The notes beneath the pieces are model-generated. The model was not told the origin of the DNA. It saw only the letters and a program-made list of their open reading frames with translations, and ran no database searches. Shown piece by piece: positions 39,059 to 50,045 of a DNA stretch of 64,000 nucleotides. The stretch's first letter is position 1. Every line of letters begins with the position of its first letter. The translations under genes and the position numbers were made by a program. This DNA is from Bacteroidales bacterium (GTDB lineage Bacteria; Bacteroidota; Bacteroidia; Bacteroidales; VadinHA17). The DNA lies in assembly GCA_035541795.1 (NCBI GenBank), contig DATKMR010000019.1, positions 132,977-196,976 of the forward strand. Direction: 5' to 3'.

Positions 39059-39619
39059 TCATCTTACTTTTAACTCCGAGATCAGTTTCTGCTTGGCTCT
39101 TGAAAGCTGAGATCGTGATGTGCTGCTGTTTATAGCAAGTATATCAGCTATTTCGTCGTGATCGTATCCTTCAAGCAGGTAAAGCGACAGGATGATCCTG
39201 TATCCGTCGGGCAGCCTGTTAATCGCCTCTTTTACCTCCTCGACCCTGATATCGAGCTCCTCCTTATGGGCAATGTCCTCGATGCTCGTATCCTTTATTC
39301 CTGAATGAGTATCAATATCTTCAAAGATCGCTTTCTTCCTGCTCAGCGAATCGAGTGACCTGTTTATCACAATCTTCTTGAGCCAGGCTCCGAAACTTAC
39401 CGTGCCTGAGTATGTCTCGATTTTTTCAAACGCCGAGAGAAAGGATTCCTGCATAATATCCTCGGCCTCCATTGTATCGTTTACAATCCTCAGACTTGTA
39501 TTGAACATAGCTTTATAATAAAGCTTGTATATCTGAAATTGTGCTTTCTGATCACCCGTTTTACACCCGTCTATAAGATCCTGGTGTATATTCTTGAATG
39601 CTGCATCCAAACTTGCCAT
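39059..39619 (-). CDS. ECF-type RNA polymerase sigma-70 family factor
   Basis: Region 2 (...EDIMQESFLSAFEKI...FGAWLKKIVINRS) and region 4 (YRIILSLYLLEGYDHDEIADILAINSSTSRSQLSRAKQKL). Confidence 0.88.
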   Translation of the reverse strand: MASLDAAFKNIHQDLIDGCKTGDQKAQFQIYKLYYKAMFNTSLRIVNDTMEAEDIMQESFLSAFEKIETYSGTVSFGAWLKKIVINRSLDSLSRKKAIFEDIDTHSGIKDTSIEDIAHKEELDIRVEEVKEAINRLPDGYRIILSLYLLEGYDHDEIADILAINSSTSRSQLSRAKQKLISELKVR

Positions 39620-39743
39620 CTCTTGTGAAAGACTATTTTTTATGTGTAATGCTGCACCCACTCTCTTATGTTTTCACAATTTCCACACAAGAGACGTGGG
39701 TATTTCACAAATGCTGCATTCAAGTTAAGAAATTTTGCAAAAA

Positions 39744-40622
39744 TCAATGCAAAAGGGGAAGGATTATCCCCTGGGTGACATGACCGGTTGTATAATTGAA
39801 CTGTGAACCAAACAGACTATGAGGTATGGAAAAGACAATTATCAATGCTATGGCAGCGATGGCAACATATACCGGCCTCTCTGCTTTCCTGTTCAGATAA
39901 ACGGCCAGTATCCAGAATAGAAGTGCAATAAGTGTTTTGTTATCAGTGAGATCCCACCCGAAAGGAACACCTGTCCAGAACTTGCCGAATGCATAGTGCT
40001 GGACGACCGGTCCGAGTATTACTCCTCCAATGATAAGTAACACCAGGGTCCATGTGGCATATTTCCTGTACGATTTGAATACTCCGATTGTCATGAGGCC
40101 GGCCAGGGTGGAAAAAAGCATAGCCAGGAACATGGAAAGTATATGCGGAACTAAGATCAGCGCCGGGACATCACCTTTAAACCTGATAACAACAGGAGTT
40201 TCTTTCATGTATGGTGAGGTACCTTTCGAATCAGTTACCTCGAACCAGTATTCAAGCTTTCCTGCGGCGGGCTGCTTAGGAACCTCCGCGTAAAGTCCTT
40301 TTTCAATATCCGACCCGGTCATTTTCTTCATAAGAGCCGAATGGACAGGATATTCCTTATATGAAAAGTCACTTGCAGTGTATTCTTCATTTGTCGGGAA
40401 GTGCCTGAAATGAAGTCGTGCTCTGACAGTAGTGTCGCTGATTGCAAGACGGACTTCAGGTCTTTCATTCAGCCCGAGACTTCTCACCAGCCTGAGGTCG
40501 TATGACCTTCCATTAGCCTCAACCCTGATCTTTTTCGGATATGTCGGACCTGTCTTTCTCTGGTAATAAGCTGCCCCTAAAGTGATTATTATGGCGAGGG
40601 ACCAGTAAAGGAATTTCTTCAT
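39744..40622 (-). CDS. Hypothetical membrane protein (N-terminal anchor + soluble domain + 4 C-terminal TM helices)
   Basis: 292 aa. I recognise no motif. The topology is inferred from hydrophobic stretches. Confidence 0.4.
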   Translation of the reverse strand: MKKFLYWSLAIIITLGAAYYQRKTGPTYPKKIRVEANGRSYDLRLVRSLGLNERPEVRLAISDTTVRARLHFRHFPTNEEYTASDFSYKEYPVHSALMKKMTGSDIEKGLYAEVPKQPAAGKLEYWFEVTDSKGTSPYMKETPVVIRFKGDVPALILVPHILSMFLAMLFSTLAGLMTIGVFKSYRKYATWTLVLLIIGGVILGPVVQHYAFGKFWTGVPFGWDLTDNKTLIALLFWILAVYLNRKAERPVYVAIAAIALIIVFSIPHSLFGSQFNYTTGHVTQGIILPLLH

Positions 40623-40635
40623 CTCAAGTAAATTT

Positions 40636-42414
40636 TTATAATTCGATTATCAGAACCTCTTTCCTGCCGTTACGGATCACATCGACAGTGATCCGTTCAC
40701 CATGCTTAAGCTGTCCCATCCTGAACATATAATCCTGGATATTGTTAACCGGTTTGCCATTTATAGCAACAATTATATCATTCTTCTTCATTCCTCCAAG
40801 TGCAGCAGGTCTTCCGGGTGTGACAGCATCAACTCTCAATCCGTTCTTTGAGGCTCCTGTGACATCGGGCATTATGCCAAGGGTAACACCTTTTCTCCGG
40901 TAGTTACGAGATGAAGATTCTCTGGGGCCGGCTTCCCTGAACCTGAGCCTGGCAGTATCATTTGAAAGATTGAATATCAACCGGTAGACAAAATCGGAGA
41001 CTGTAACCATTCCCCTGAAATTGATTTTGTCCCAGGTATCCGAAGGGGTATGATAGTCGGCATGGGCACCGGTGGTAATGAATAATACGGGTATATTCCT
41101 GGAATAAAATGATGAATGATCAGACGGACCTGAGCCCTCATCCGATGTGACAACTTTCAGAAGATTTGTGTCTGCACCGGCAGATACCATCTCTTTTAGT
41201 CCCGCGGCAGTTCCGACGCCGCCGACAGATAGTTCTTTGTTATCCTTCAGTCTGCCCACCATATCAAGATTTACCATTGCGTCAGTCCTGTTAAGTGGGA
41301 CCGGAGGGTTATCGGTAAAGTATTTGGATCCAAGGAGACCAAGCTCTTCACCTGTAAAAGCGCAGAAAACAATGCTGCGTTTGTGACTGTTCCTTGTTGC
41401 GGCAAATTTCCCGGCAAGCTCAATTACCATAGAAACCCCGGATGCATTGTCATCGGCTCCATGATGTATTCCTATAGTGTCGACGGCCCTGCTTCCCGAA
41501 CCCGGACCACCCATCCCCAGGTGGTCGAAATGTGCGCCTACAATCACGTATTCCTTTTTGAGGAGTGAATCTGTTCCCGGTAATATCATTATTACGTTCC
41601 TTGTATTTGTTTTTGAGGCCACAAGTTCGGCTTTTGCTTCAATATTTGCAGGAACCGCAAAGCTTGCGGGTGCTTTTGAGGTGTTAAGCCTGGTCTCAAG
41701 ACTTTCAATGCTTGAATTCGTACCTTGGAGGATCTCATCTGCTACCTTCCTTTTGATCCTGATTACCGGGATCCCTACGGAATAATCATTCTTGGAAAGG
41801 GGATCGAACTTGTCTTCCTTGTCGAAATTTGAACCTGAAACCAGGAGGACTCCCCCGGCCCCGAGATCCTTGGCGACCATTGCTTTATCCCTGTCGCCGC
41901 TGAAGGAGGCATACCTGCTCCGGCTGTTATCAGGCTCCGGGTCACCTCTCAGGATCATGATCCATTTGCCTTTAAATTCCTGACCCTTGTAATCGTCCCA
42001 TTTCAACGAGTCAGAATTTATGGTGAACCCGTATCCACCAAAAATGACGGTCGAGCTAAGCGAACCGTTTTCCGAAAATGAGGCCGGCTCAAAATCTGTC
42101 CCGTGATTATATTTTTTACCGTTTATCAGGAGATTATTCAAACTGCCGGCAAATACTTTATCGGTAACCTTGAATCTCTGAAATCCATTATCGCCCAGGG
42201 GCCTTAACCCGTATTCCCTGAGTTCTGACCTGATGTACTCTGCCGCCAGGCTGTCGCCGGCAGTGCCCGTAAGGCGGCCTTTGAGAGCATCCGATGAAAG
42301 ATACTTAATGTGTTCCTTCAGTTCGCCGGATGAAATAAGATGCCTGCTGCCGGCACAGGATGAAACCAGCGCCAGTATAAGTATTGTCGTTATTGACAGG
42401 TAAAATGATCTCAT
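40636..42414 (-). CDS. M28-family peptidase lipoprotein with C-terminal PDZ domain
   Basis: Lipobox LVSSC. M28 contexts (HFDHLG, DDNASGV, FTGEELGLLGS, HADYH). PDZ-like C-terminus (GLRVDAVTPGRPAALGGMKKNDIIVAINGKPV). Confidence 0.82.
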   Translation of the reverse strand: MRSFYLSITTILILALVSSCAGSRHLISSGELKEHIKYLSSDALKGRLTGTAGDSLAAEYIRSELREYGLRPLGDNGFQRFKVTDKVFAGSLNNLLINGKKYNHGTDFEPASFSENGSLSSTVIFGGYGFTINSDSLKWDDYKGQEFKGKWIMILRGDPEPDNSRSRYASFSGDRDKAMVAKDLGAGGVLLVSGSNFDKEDKFDPLSKNDYSVGIPVIRIKRKVADEILQGTNSSIESLETRLNTSKAPASFAVPANIEAKAELVASKTNTRNVIMILPGTDSLLKKEYVIVGAHFDHLGMGGPGSGSRAVDTIGIHHGADDNASGVSMVIELAGKFAATRNSHKRSIVFCAFTGEELGLLGSKYFTDNPPVPLNRTDAMVNLDMVGRLKDNKELSVGGVGTAAGLKEMVSAGADTNLLKVVTSDEGSGPSDHSSFYSRNIPVLFITTGAHADYHTPSDTWDKINFRGMVTVSDFVYRLIFNLSNDTARLRFREAGPRESSSRNYRRKGVTLGIMPDVTGASKNGLRVDAVTPGRPAALGGMKKNDIIVAINGKPVNNIQDYMFRMGQLKHGERITVDVIRNGRKEVLIIEL

Positions 42415-42450
42415 TAAAATTGAATTAAGTTAATCGAGCATTTATTTTTC

Positions 42451-42458
42451 CAAAAATA
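42451..42458 (-). promoter_or_regulatory. Putative -7 promoter box (GC)TATTTTTG for the M28-PDZ gene
   Basis: The reverse complement of CAAAAATAGC is GCTATTTTTG, 37 nt upstream of the ATG at 42414. The same 10-mer occurs upstream of trmD. Confidence 0.4.
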
Positions 42459-42515
42459 GCAATCTTTTAAACTGTGACAGAAAGAAGTGATAAAAAGACA
42501 TGCATATATTTTAAT

Positions 42516-42552
42516 ATAAAAAGAACCAGGCCGGAAGCCTGGTTCTTTTTTC
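42516..42552. terminator. Bidirectional intrinsic terminator after rocD
   Basis: Perfect 11-bp stem AAGAACCAGGC-CGGAA-GCCTGGTTCTT, flanked by an A-run and a T-run. Confidence 0.8.
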
Positions 42553-42584
42553 AGATGATTTGTCTTATAATGAACCATGTACGA

Positions 42585-43796
42585 CTATTCAAAGAGCTTG
42601 AAAGCTTCTTTTATAAGCCCGATCGCCTCCCTGAGCTGCGCTTCATTGATCACGAGGGGAGGAGCAAAGCGGATAATATGCTCATGGGTGGGTTTGGCAA
42701 TCAATCCCTTATCTTTCATTGCAAGGCATACATCCCACGCGGTCTTACCACCTTTTGGCCTGATGACAACCGCATTCAGCAGCCCTTTTCCCCTGACAAG
42801 TTCTATCATATCTGATTTGATGCTGCTGAACTCCTCACGGAAAATTTTCCCAAGCTTTTCGGCGTTTTCTGCAAGCTTTTCATTTTTAATTACTTCAAGT
42901 GCTGCAATTCCAACCCTGGAGGCAATGGGGTTTCCGCCAAACGTGGAACCATGTTCACCCGGTTTTATCGTAAGCATAATGTCATTATCGGCAAGCACGG
43001 CTGAAATGGGGAACACCCCGCCAGAAAGTGCTTTTCCAAGGATCAAAATGTCGGGGCGGACACCTTCATGATCACAGGCAAGAAGCTTGCCGGTTCTGGC
43101 AATACCTGTCTGAACCTCATCGGCAATGAACAGAACATTTTTTGACATGCATAGATCATAGGCTTTTTTAAGATAACCCTCGTCCGGAACATAAACTCCG
43201 GCTTCACCCTGTATCGGTTCAACCAGGAATCCTGCCACATCAGGATCCTTAAGGGCATTTTCAAGAGCTCCCAGGTCGTTGTATGGAATTGTAATGAAAC
43301 CAGGGGTATAGGGTCCGTAATCATTCCTTGCATCCGGGTCGGTCGACATCGAAATAATCGTAATCGTCCTTCCATGGAAGTTCCCTTCACAAACAATTAT
43401 TTTTGCCTGGTTCTCGCTGATCCCTTTCTTCAGGTACGCCCATTTTCGGCATAATTTAAGGGCCGTTTCATCCCCTTCCGCACCAGTGTTCATAGGAAGA
43501 ACTTTATCATAACCGAAATATTTCGTGACATACTCTTCATATTCCCCGAGAGCTTCGCTGTAAAAGGCCCTTGAAGTGAGAGTCAGCTTTTTTGCCTGGG
43601 TTATAAGTGCATCCACAATCCTTGGATGGCAGTGACCCTGGTTTACGGCAGAATAGGCAGAGAGGAAATCGAAGTACCTTTTCCCCTCGACATCCCAAAC
43701 AAAAGGTCCTTCACCTCTTTCAAGCACTACCGGAAGAGGATGATAATTGTGTGCTCCGAACCTGTCTTCCCGTTTAATATAATCCTGGATGTTCAT
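42585..43796 (-). CDS. rocD: Ornithine--oxo-acid aminotransferase
   Basis: N-terminus ...[45 protein letters not shown] is typical of ornithine aminotransferase (class III PLP aminotransferase). Confidence 0.85.
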   Translation of the reverse strand: MNIQDYIKREDRFGAHNYHPLPVVLERGEGPFVWDVEGKRYFDFLSAYSAVNQGHCHPRIVDALITQAKKLTLTSRAFYSEALGEYEEYVTKYFGYDKVLPMNTGAEGDETALKLCRKWAYLKKGISENQAKIIVCEGNFHGRTITIISMSTDPDARNDYGPYTPGFITIPYNDLGALENALKDPDVAGFLVEPIQGEAGVYVPDEGYLKKAYDLCMSKNVLFIADEVQTGIARTGKLLACDHEGVRPDILILGKALSGGVFPISAVLADNDIMLTIKPGEHGSTFGGNPIASRVGIAALEVIKNEKLAENAEKLGKIFREEFSSIKSDMIELVRGKGLLNAVVIRPKGGKTAWDVCLAMKDKGLIAKPTHEHIIRFAPPLVINEAQLREAIGLIKEAFKLFE

Positions 43797-43903
43797 TTTG
43801 TTGATAATTAATATGTTATGATTTTCAAAAAAAAGTGAACAATCTTACAAAAGTATTTTCGCATTTCAAAATGAATAATGCATAAGAAATTCAATACCAG
43901 TTA

Positions 43904-46900
43904 TCAGTGAACTTCTTCCAGTATATTAACAGGCCCGAGGAGTCCCGATTCGACAAGCGGATCATCCTTCCTGTAGAAATGGTGAGTAGTGAAAGTGTAC
44001 CTCCCGCTGCTTCTCTTCTCACCTTTCAGAAGCCACTCCGGCCATTTGCCATTCGTAATGCCGTCCCAGGGCTTGGCTTCGTCGCCAATCAGCCTGTTGA
44101 TCCAGAGATTTGCGACCTCGATTTCAATCCTGTTGTCCTTCTGCCTGATAGCTTTGCTGACATTCACCCTGTATGGCACCGTCCAGACAACTCCAAGGTC
44201 TTTCCCGTTAAGCCTGATGCTTGCAATATTCCTGACATCGCCAAGGTCGAGATATACCCGGGACCCTCTTTCCGGCCCTGAGCCGGCAGGAAGTGAAAAT
44301 GTGCAGCTATACCTTGCAATGCCTGAATAATACCTTATAGCTTCATTGTCAGATTTGGACCAGTCGGACAGGGTGTTGAAACTAACCTGGGAAGGTCCTC
44401 CCCAGGGAGGATCAAAATTCACTGTCCATGGAGTATTAACGGTCGCAATGACCTTTAGTTCAGGGAAACAATTTACATGCTGCTGAAGGGATTTCTTCTT
44501 ATTCTTGTCTGTATCAAATACCACGAAAATGCTTTGATATGGCTCAAGCCTGATCCTTATGCGGAATCCTTCATCTGTCTGCCTCGTTGCAACACCTTTT
44601 TTAAAATCGCCGGTAACAGCATCCCAAAGCTCAGCCCTGTCGCATCCATCGCGGAATGTACAGCTGTCATCCGCAATACGGGAAGTTCTGTTTGAAATAA
44701 AATATACTTCCTTATCTTTCAGATGCCTGTGGTTATACCTGAAATTTCCTTCATCTGAAAAATCCTTTTTTACTTTCAGGAAGGTGAGGATTTTTGATGT
44801 AACCTCGTACGAGGGATAAAGTTCAGAATGATCCGCTTCCTTGCCGGTCTCTTTATTTTCTGGAGTGATGATGTATCCAAGTCCGTGTTTTCGTGTTGGA
44901 AACACGGTTCCTGGAACAACCGTCCCGGAATTCCAGATCATTTGCATGTACTTGACAACTGTCTCGTCGCATACCGGATAGTTGGTGAGCGAAGGTGACT
45001 TCTTTACGGGGCCTCCGATAACTGTGACTCCTCCTTTAAGCAGCATATCTATTTTTCCAAGCAGTTCTGGTGTCATATAGTCGACATCGGGAAGTACCAG
45101 TATCCTGTACGCGGCTCCGCCCGGGAAGCATACTTTCGAATCCAGGGAATATGCATTATTAATCAGGTATTTCGGGGAGCAGCAGTCGAACGACCATTCC
45201 TTTTTGTCGGGCAGGGTATCTGAACCTGCAAGTGCAGTTGCAGGAGGACGGAACACTACCGGGGCGCCTTCTGGTGTCAGGTATAGAATATCGGCGACAG
45301 GGCTGCCCTGTGAAAGAATAAACTGGCATCGTGAAAGATATTCGTGGTAGGCACCTGCCATTGGCCACCAGGTTTGCCCACGATCCCAGTGTACCCCATA
45401 AGGACCCATCGTCATACCCGGCTTCAGGTCGCCAAAAAATGACTTGTGGGCAAAAGTATGGAAGATGAACCTGTTTATCCCCATTGCCAGGGCCCAGTCA
45501 GTCTGGTTCTTCATATTGCCAGGGTACATCTTCCAGGCTTCATTATCGCCTGCCGTGAAAGCTTCAGCCGCAGTGACAGGTTTCCCTGTGACATGTGCAA
45601 TCGAAGTGGCTTCGATGCAGCTGTATGAGGAATTGAACCCAAAGCCTTTGCACCAGAATTCACCCATAGGAACATCGGCAACGGACCCAAGATCGAAATC
45701 GGCTGACGGGTTCATATCGTAAGGCTCAATTGAAAGTGTCATGCCGTTTTTCCTTCCAAGCTTCTTGAAGTAACCGGCATGATTTTCCGCAATAAGTTCA
45801 TTTGATGTCTGGCGCACATCCCAGAGAAATCTCTCGCTTTCCTCAATGGTATTTACAATATAGCCTTCCATTACAGGCAGATAGAGCAGGGGATCGTAGC
45901 CCCTGTGCTTTATGAATTGTTCAAGGAACTTATCGGTCCAGTTCTGGGCTCCCATCTCCCAGCTGTCGATATGGATCATTTTCCACCCGCCCCAGGTCGA
46001 GACGTCCCGGGGTTTTACCCTGTTGATCAATTTTCCTGTGTAGGCTTCAAAGTGTTCCCTGAAAGCCGCTGTATCGAATTTATCCGCTTCGAATCCCAGA
46101 CCCGGAACCGGGGCGGGCCTAGTTACAGCCCCGTTATTTGTCTTTCCAAGCCTCATTATTATCCACTTCCCCGGTGGAACAATCCAGTTCAGTTTGCCGG
46201 CAGAATCGAGGTTAGCTGAAATGTCAATAATTCTTTCACGGTTTATATGCCTGCTTTTGTCATCTTTTTTGATCTCAGGAAATTGAATGAAAGGAACCAC
46301 CCCTTTCTGGGAAGTGAAAGGTGCCCTGATGAATAAAGCTTTCTCGTCGATGTCCGTAATCCTGGACTTGTCTTCCGGTGCAGGAAATGCCAGTACTCTC
46401 ACGTCCTGGTACCATGCCTGTCTTTTCTCTTTCAGCCCGGGAGTAAGGGAAGACTCTCCAAAGAATGGTGTTTTTGGCCCTGGCCTGGGCAATATTGCGT
46501 TTATGACTGCCGGACCGGTGATTAAAGTATCGTATGACACCAGGTGCATCATGGATTTCCGGGGACTTACCCATGGTCCCCCGCTTCCTGCCCAGCCTGG
46601 ACCGGAACCCAGTATTATCCTGATGCCAAGTCTTTCAGCCTCCCTTACAGCATGGGTGAAAAGTTCCTGCCATTTTTCGCTTAGAAAGTCCGTGTTTCCT
46701 CTTGGGATACCGACATTGACTTCAAGAAAAAGCGCGTATGCTATACCAGCCTTTTTCATGGATTCAAGATCCCCGGTGATACCCTTCCTGTCGAGGTTGC
46801 CGTCCATAATGTACCAGTAAACGCCTGGTCCGCATGAATCAGGAGGATTGATGAATCCTTCCCTGACCGGGTCCTTACTGGAAAATCCTGAACAGGATAT

Positions 46901-46963
46901 AAGTAAAGGCAGCAGCAAAACAACCAGTATGAGAATATCTGGTAAAAATCTTCTTCTATTCAT
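43904..46963 (-). CDS. Large secreted glycoside-hydrolase-like protein (GH106-like / jelly-roll C-terminus; family uncertain)
   Basis: 1019 aa with lipoprotein signal LISCSG. The C-terminal galactose-binding-like module ([25 protein letters not shown]...[15 protein letters not shown]) is typical of Bacteroidota glycosidases. Confidence 0.6.
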   Translation of the reverse strand: MNRRRFLPDILILVVLLLPLLISCSGFSSKDPVREGFINPPDSCGPGVYWYIMDGNLDRKGITGDLESMKKAGIAYALFLEVNVGIPRGNTDFLSEKWQELFTHAVREAERLGIRIILGSGPGWAGSGGPWVSPRKSMMHLVSYDTLITGPAVINAILPRPGPKTPFFGESSLTPGLKEKRQAWYQDVRVLAFPAPEDKSRITDIDEKALFIRAPFTSQKGVVPFIQFPEIKKDDKSRHINRERIIDISANLDSAGKLNWIVPPGKWIIMRLGKTNNGAVTRPAPVPGLGFEADKFDTAAFREHFEAYTGKLINRVKPRDVSTWGGWKMIHIDSWEMGAQNWTDKFLEQFIKHRGYDPLLYLPVMEGYIVNTIEESERFLWDVRQTSNELIAENHAGYFKKLGRKNGMTLSIEPYDMNPSADFDLGSVADVPMGEFWCKGFGFNSSYSCIEATSIAHVTGKPVTAAEAFTAGDNEAWKMYPGNMKNQTDWALAMGINRFIFHTFAHKSFFGDLKPGMTMGPYGVHWDRGQTWWPMAGAYHEYLSRCQFILSQGSPVADILYLTPEGAPVVFRPPATALAGSDTLPDKKEWSFDCCSPKYLINNAYSLDSKVCFPGGAAYRILVLPDVDYMTPELLGKIDMLLKGGVTVIGGPVKKSPSLTNYPVCDETVVKYMQMIWNSGTVVPGTVFPTRKHGLGYIITPENKETGKEADHSELYPSYEVTSKILTFLKVKKDFSDEGNFRYNHRHLKDKEVYFISNRTSRIADDSCTFRDGCDRAELWDAVTGDFKKGVATRQTDEGFRIRIRLEPYQSIFVVFDTDKNKKKSLQQHVNCFPELKVIATVNTPWTVNFDPPWGGPSQVSFNTLSDWSKSDNEAIRYYSGIARYSCTFSLPAGSGPERGSRVYLDLGDVRNIASIRLNGKDLGVVWTVPYRVNVSKAIRQKDNRIEIEVANLWINRLIGDEAKPWDGITNGKWPEWLLKGEKRSSGRYTFTTHHFYRKDDPLVESGLLGPVNILEEVH

Positions 46964-47636
46964 CTTTGAGCAGACCAGGTCTCAGTTTTTTTGTTCTGTT
47001 TATTGATTCTTCATGTCTCCATCTGTCAATTTCCGCGGTGTTGCCTGACAAAAGTATATCAGGTACATGCCAGCCCATGAATTCTGCCGGGCGTGTATAG
47101 ACAGGGGGGGCAAGGAGGTCATCCTGGAAGGAATCTGAGAGGGCCGATTGTTCATCAGACATTGCTCCCGGAATGAGCCGTGTGACTGCATCGACAAGTA
47201 TTGCGGCAGGAAGCTCGCCTCCTGATAGAACATAGTCCCCGACTGAAATCTCCCGTGAAACAAGATGATCGCGTATCCTCTGGTCAATCCCTTTATAATG
47301 CCCGGCAAGGATAATTATATTCTCCTTCAGCGAAAGATGGTTAGCGATTTTCTGGCTGAATGGTTCGCCATCGGGAGAGGTATAAATGATCTCGTCATAG
47401 ATCCTTTCACTCTTTAGCTTTTCAAGCGCCAGGTAAACAGGTTCTATCATCATAACCATTCCTGCTCCGCCTCCGAATGCATAGTCATCGACAGTTTTGT
47501 GCCTGTCGTTTGTAAAATCACGGAGATTTATAAGATTAATCTCCACAAGACCCTTATCTCTCGCACGCCTGATAATAGAATGATCAAGAGGACTCATGAT
47601 AAGTTCAGGAAGGACGGTTATAATATCAATGCGCAT
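46956..47636 (-). CDS. trmD: tRNA (guanine37-N1)-methyltransferase
   Basis: [11 protein letters not shown]...[13 protein letters not shown]...GHYKGIDQR...[14 protein letters not shown]. Confidence 0.96.
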   Translation of the reverse strand: MRIDIITVLPELIMSPLDHSIIRRARDKGLVEINLINLRDFTNDRHKTVDDYAFGGGAGMVMMIEPVYLALEKLKSERIYDEIIYTSPDGEPFSQKIANHLSLKENIIILAGHYKGIDQRIRDHLVSREISVGDYVLSGGELPAAILVDAVTRLIPGAMSDEQSALSDSFQDDLLAPPVYTRPAEFMGWHVPDILLSGNTAEIDRWRHEESINRTKKLRPGLLKDE

Positions 47637-47650
47637 TCCGGCTCTTTTCG

Positions 47651-47658
47651 CAAAAATA
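47651..47658 (-). promoter_or_regulatory. Putative -7 promoter box (GC)TATTTTTG for trmD
   Basis: GCTATTTTTG on the minus strand, 15 nt upstream of the trmD ATG, giving a near-leaderless transcript. Confidence 0.4.
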
Positions 47659-47682
47659 GCAAGTTATCTGCTTTTATCTTCC

Positions 47683-47690
47683 TATTTTTG
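47683..47690 (+). promoter_or_regulatory. Putative -7 promoter box TATTTTTG for the YkgJ-like gene
   Basis: Exact TAnnTTTG match in the divergent spacer, 80 nt upstream of the ATG at 47771. Confidence 0.35.
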
Positions 47691-47770
47691 TCTTAATACA
47701 AGTCACCCACTATATAAAAAACTAAAACACCTGACTCATAACTCGTATCTTATCACTTAAAACTCAGTCT

Positions 47771-48016
47771 ATGGATTGCCGTCCTGGTTGCGGTGCATGT
47801 TGCATAGCGTTATCAATATCCTCGTCTATCCCGGGAATGGAGCAAGGGAAGCCGGCAGGTGTAAGATGTATCCACTTGAAAGATGATTTCAGGTGTGCCC
47901 TTTTCGGTGACTCCTCGCGTCCAAAGGTTTGCTCTGATTATAAAGCTGAAATTGAATTCTGCGGCAACAGCAGGGAAGAGGCCTTTCAGATACTGAACGG
48001 CCTGGAGGGAAGATAA
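47771..48016 (+). CDS. YkgJ-family cysteine-cluster protein
   Basis: 81 aa with an N-terminal CRPGCGACC cluster and further Cys residues (CIHL, CALF, CSDY, FC). Confidence 0.65.
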   Translation: MDCRPGCGACCIALSISSSIPGMEQGKPAGVRCIHLKDDFRCALFGDSSRPKVCSDYKAEIEFCGNSREEAFQILNGLEGR

Positions 48017-48081
48017 AGTGGCAATGTCATGCTGCCTGAAGGTAGAATATATGAAATCAAGATATGGAATTCAGAGTTTCT

Positions 48082-49770
48082 CTATTTTCCCGACTGATAA
48101 ACAATTCTTCCGCCAACGATAGTGTATTCTATCTTTGTTTTCATTATCTCATTTTCGGGTATTGAAAACAAATCGCGATCGGTTATTACGAGGTCAGCGA
48201 GGTACCCCTTTTTAAGAATCCCTTTCCTGTCTTCCATGAACTGAGAATATGCCGAACCGGCTGTATACAGGCGGATTGCCTCTTCCATGGTGAGCTTCTG
48301 CTCCGGAAACCATCCGTTACCTTCTTCACCATGCCGGTCTTTCCTGGTAACGGCAGCATAAAGTCCTTCCATCGGGTTCAGTGGCTCAACCTGGTAATCC
48401 GTTCCGAAGGCAACCGATGCCCCAGAGTTCAGCAGGCTTTTCCAGGCGTAAGCCCCCCTGCACCTTTCAATTCCGATCCTCTTCTCACAGAACCTCTTAT
48501 CAGTAATACAGTGTGTGGGCTGCATTGATGCAATAACTCCGAGAGTTGCAAACCTTGGTATATCGCTTTCGGCAAGTGTCTGTGCATGCTCAATCCTGTG
48601 CCTGCTGTCGCGTTTACCGTTTATCTTCTGGGCCTTCTCGTAGGCATTAAGAACCCAGTTGTTTCCTTTGTCGCCAATTGCATGAGTACCGATCTGGAAA
48701 CCCATTTTATCACCAAGGATTACCATTTTCTCAAATTTTTCATATGGCATCATTGCAAGCCCTGATGTGACCGGGTTATCGCTGAAAGGTTTAAACATTA
48801 AGGCGGTCCCTGAACCAATTGTTCCATCAATGAAGACCTTGAGATATCCAAACCTGATCCAGTCTGAATCACGTGGGTATATCTTCTCAAGCTTCAGGAA
48901 AAGCTTAAGCTTCGCCGAGTCATCGGTAAGAAACTCACCTGCATCCACACGCAGGGTCAGCAGGCCCTCACTCCTAAGCTTGCCGTATTCATTAAGGTCG
49001 GCACTGCCAGGAACCTGGACACTGGTTACCCCGTATTCCCTTGCCTCTTTCAATGCAAGCAGGTAGCCCGAACGGGTTCTTTCCATTTCCTCTGAAGGAG
49101 TACGGACTGTCTTTACATCCCCGGGCTTTATGAGGGATTCGGCATTTTCCTTAAGGATTCCGGTAGGTTCCCCGGTAGCCGGATCTTTCTGAATTTCTCC
49201 GCCAAATGGGTTTTGGCTGTCCCTGGTAATACCAGATTTTTTAAGAACATAGCTGTTAACAAGAACCGAATGACCATCGGCCCTGCTGAGTATGACCGGG
49301 TTATCTGGAGAAACTCTGTCAATAAGCTCCTTGGTGGGCCATTTTTTGTCGTAGAACATTTCGTGATCCCAGTGACCACCCCTGATAATCTCGCCGGGTC
49401 TTGATTTTTTTACCTGTTCTTCAACCCTTCGTGTAATGAAAGCAGGATCCGTGGTGTATCGCAGCTCAATAAAATCAGGGTCAAGCGGCCCGAAATGGAC
49501 GTGTGCATCATTGAATCCCGGCAAAACCAGCCTGTGAGCAGCGTCTATCACTTGTGTTCTGCCGTCCTTTATGAATACAGATATATCAGAGTTTTTTCCC
49601 GTTGCAATAATCTTTTCCCCTCTGACAGCAAGTGCTTCTGCATACGGCATTGTTTCATCGAGTGTGAGAATCTTGCCATTCAGTATCACAAGGTCAGCGG
49701 TCTCTGCGGATCGTCTTGAAAAAATTGGCAAAAGTGTCGCCAGGGCTACAACCATCAGAATGAATTTCAT
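48082..49770 (-). CDS. Secreted amidohydrolase-family protein (Amidohydro_3-type metal-dependent hydrolase)
   Basis: Signal peptide; LPGFNDAHVHF metal-binding HxH; later H/D ligands (GTHAIGD, RIEHAQ, FGTDY). Confidence 0.8.
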   Translation of the reverse strand: MKFILMVVALATLLPIFSRRSAETADLVILNGKILTLDETMPYAEALAVRGEKIIATGKNSDISVFIKDGRTQVIDAAHRLVLPGFNDAHVHFGPLDPDFIELRYTTDPAFITRRVEEQVKKSRPGEIIRGGHWDHEMFYDKKWPTKELIDRVSPDNPVILSRADGHSVLVNSYVLKKSGITRDSQNPFGGEIQKDPATGEPTGILKENAESLIKPGDVKTVRTPSEEMERTRSGYLLALKEAREYGVTSVQVPGSADLNEYGKLRSEGLLTLRVDAGEFLTDDSAKLKLFLKLEKIYPRDSDWIRFGYLKVFIDGTIGSGTALMFKPFSDNPVTSGLAMMPYEKFEKMVILGDKMGFQIGTHAIGDKGNNWVLNAYEKAQKINGKRDSRHRIEHAQTLAESDIPRFATLGVIASMQPTHCITDKRFCEKRIGIERCRGAYAWKSLLNSGASVAFGTDYQVEPLNPMEGLYAAVTRKDRHGEEGNGWFPEQKLTMEEAIRLYTAGSAYSQFMEDRKGILKKGYLADLVITDRDLFSIPENEIMKTKIEYTIVGGRIVYQSGK

Positions 49771-50045
49771 AATTGAATGATATTAATGTGAAATTATTAA
49801 AAATAGGAACACCGGTGGATATTTTTTAATTCTTTAGCTACACGGTACCAGGTTTCATAAATTATTATAATCTGATATCGTACGTGTCTGTCACTTTTCA
49901 GGTCTTTGCCCGGGCCCACCATTAAGTAAATGACCCGTGTACATTCAAGCTGATGAGCTGCCTGCTGAGTGGCTTTGTCGGCAAGCCGGGGTCAGGTTTG
50001 ACGGGTGCAACATGAAGTGGTCTAATACTTTGGTCGCTTCTAATG

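Noticed and set aside
49950-49957. CTGATGAG hammerhead-ribozyme core motif
   Set aside because: The downstream sequence does not form stem II followed by GAAA, and no stem I/III or cleavage-site context is present. A single 8-mer match is expected by chance in 64 kb.
49985-50015. SRP-RNA-like GGTCAGG segment in the non-coding region left of the repeat array
   Set aside because: It lacks the conserved GGAAGCAGC symmetric-loop/tetraloop context on either strand.
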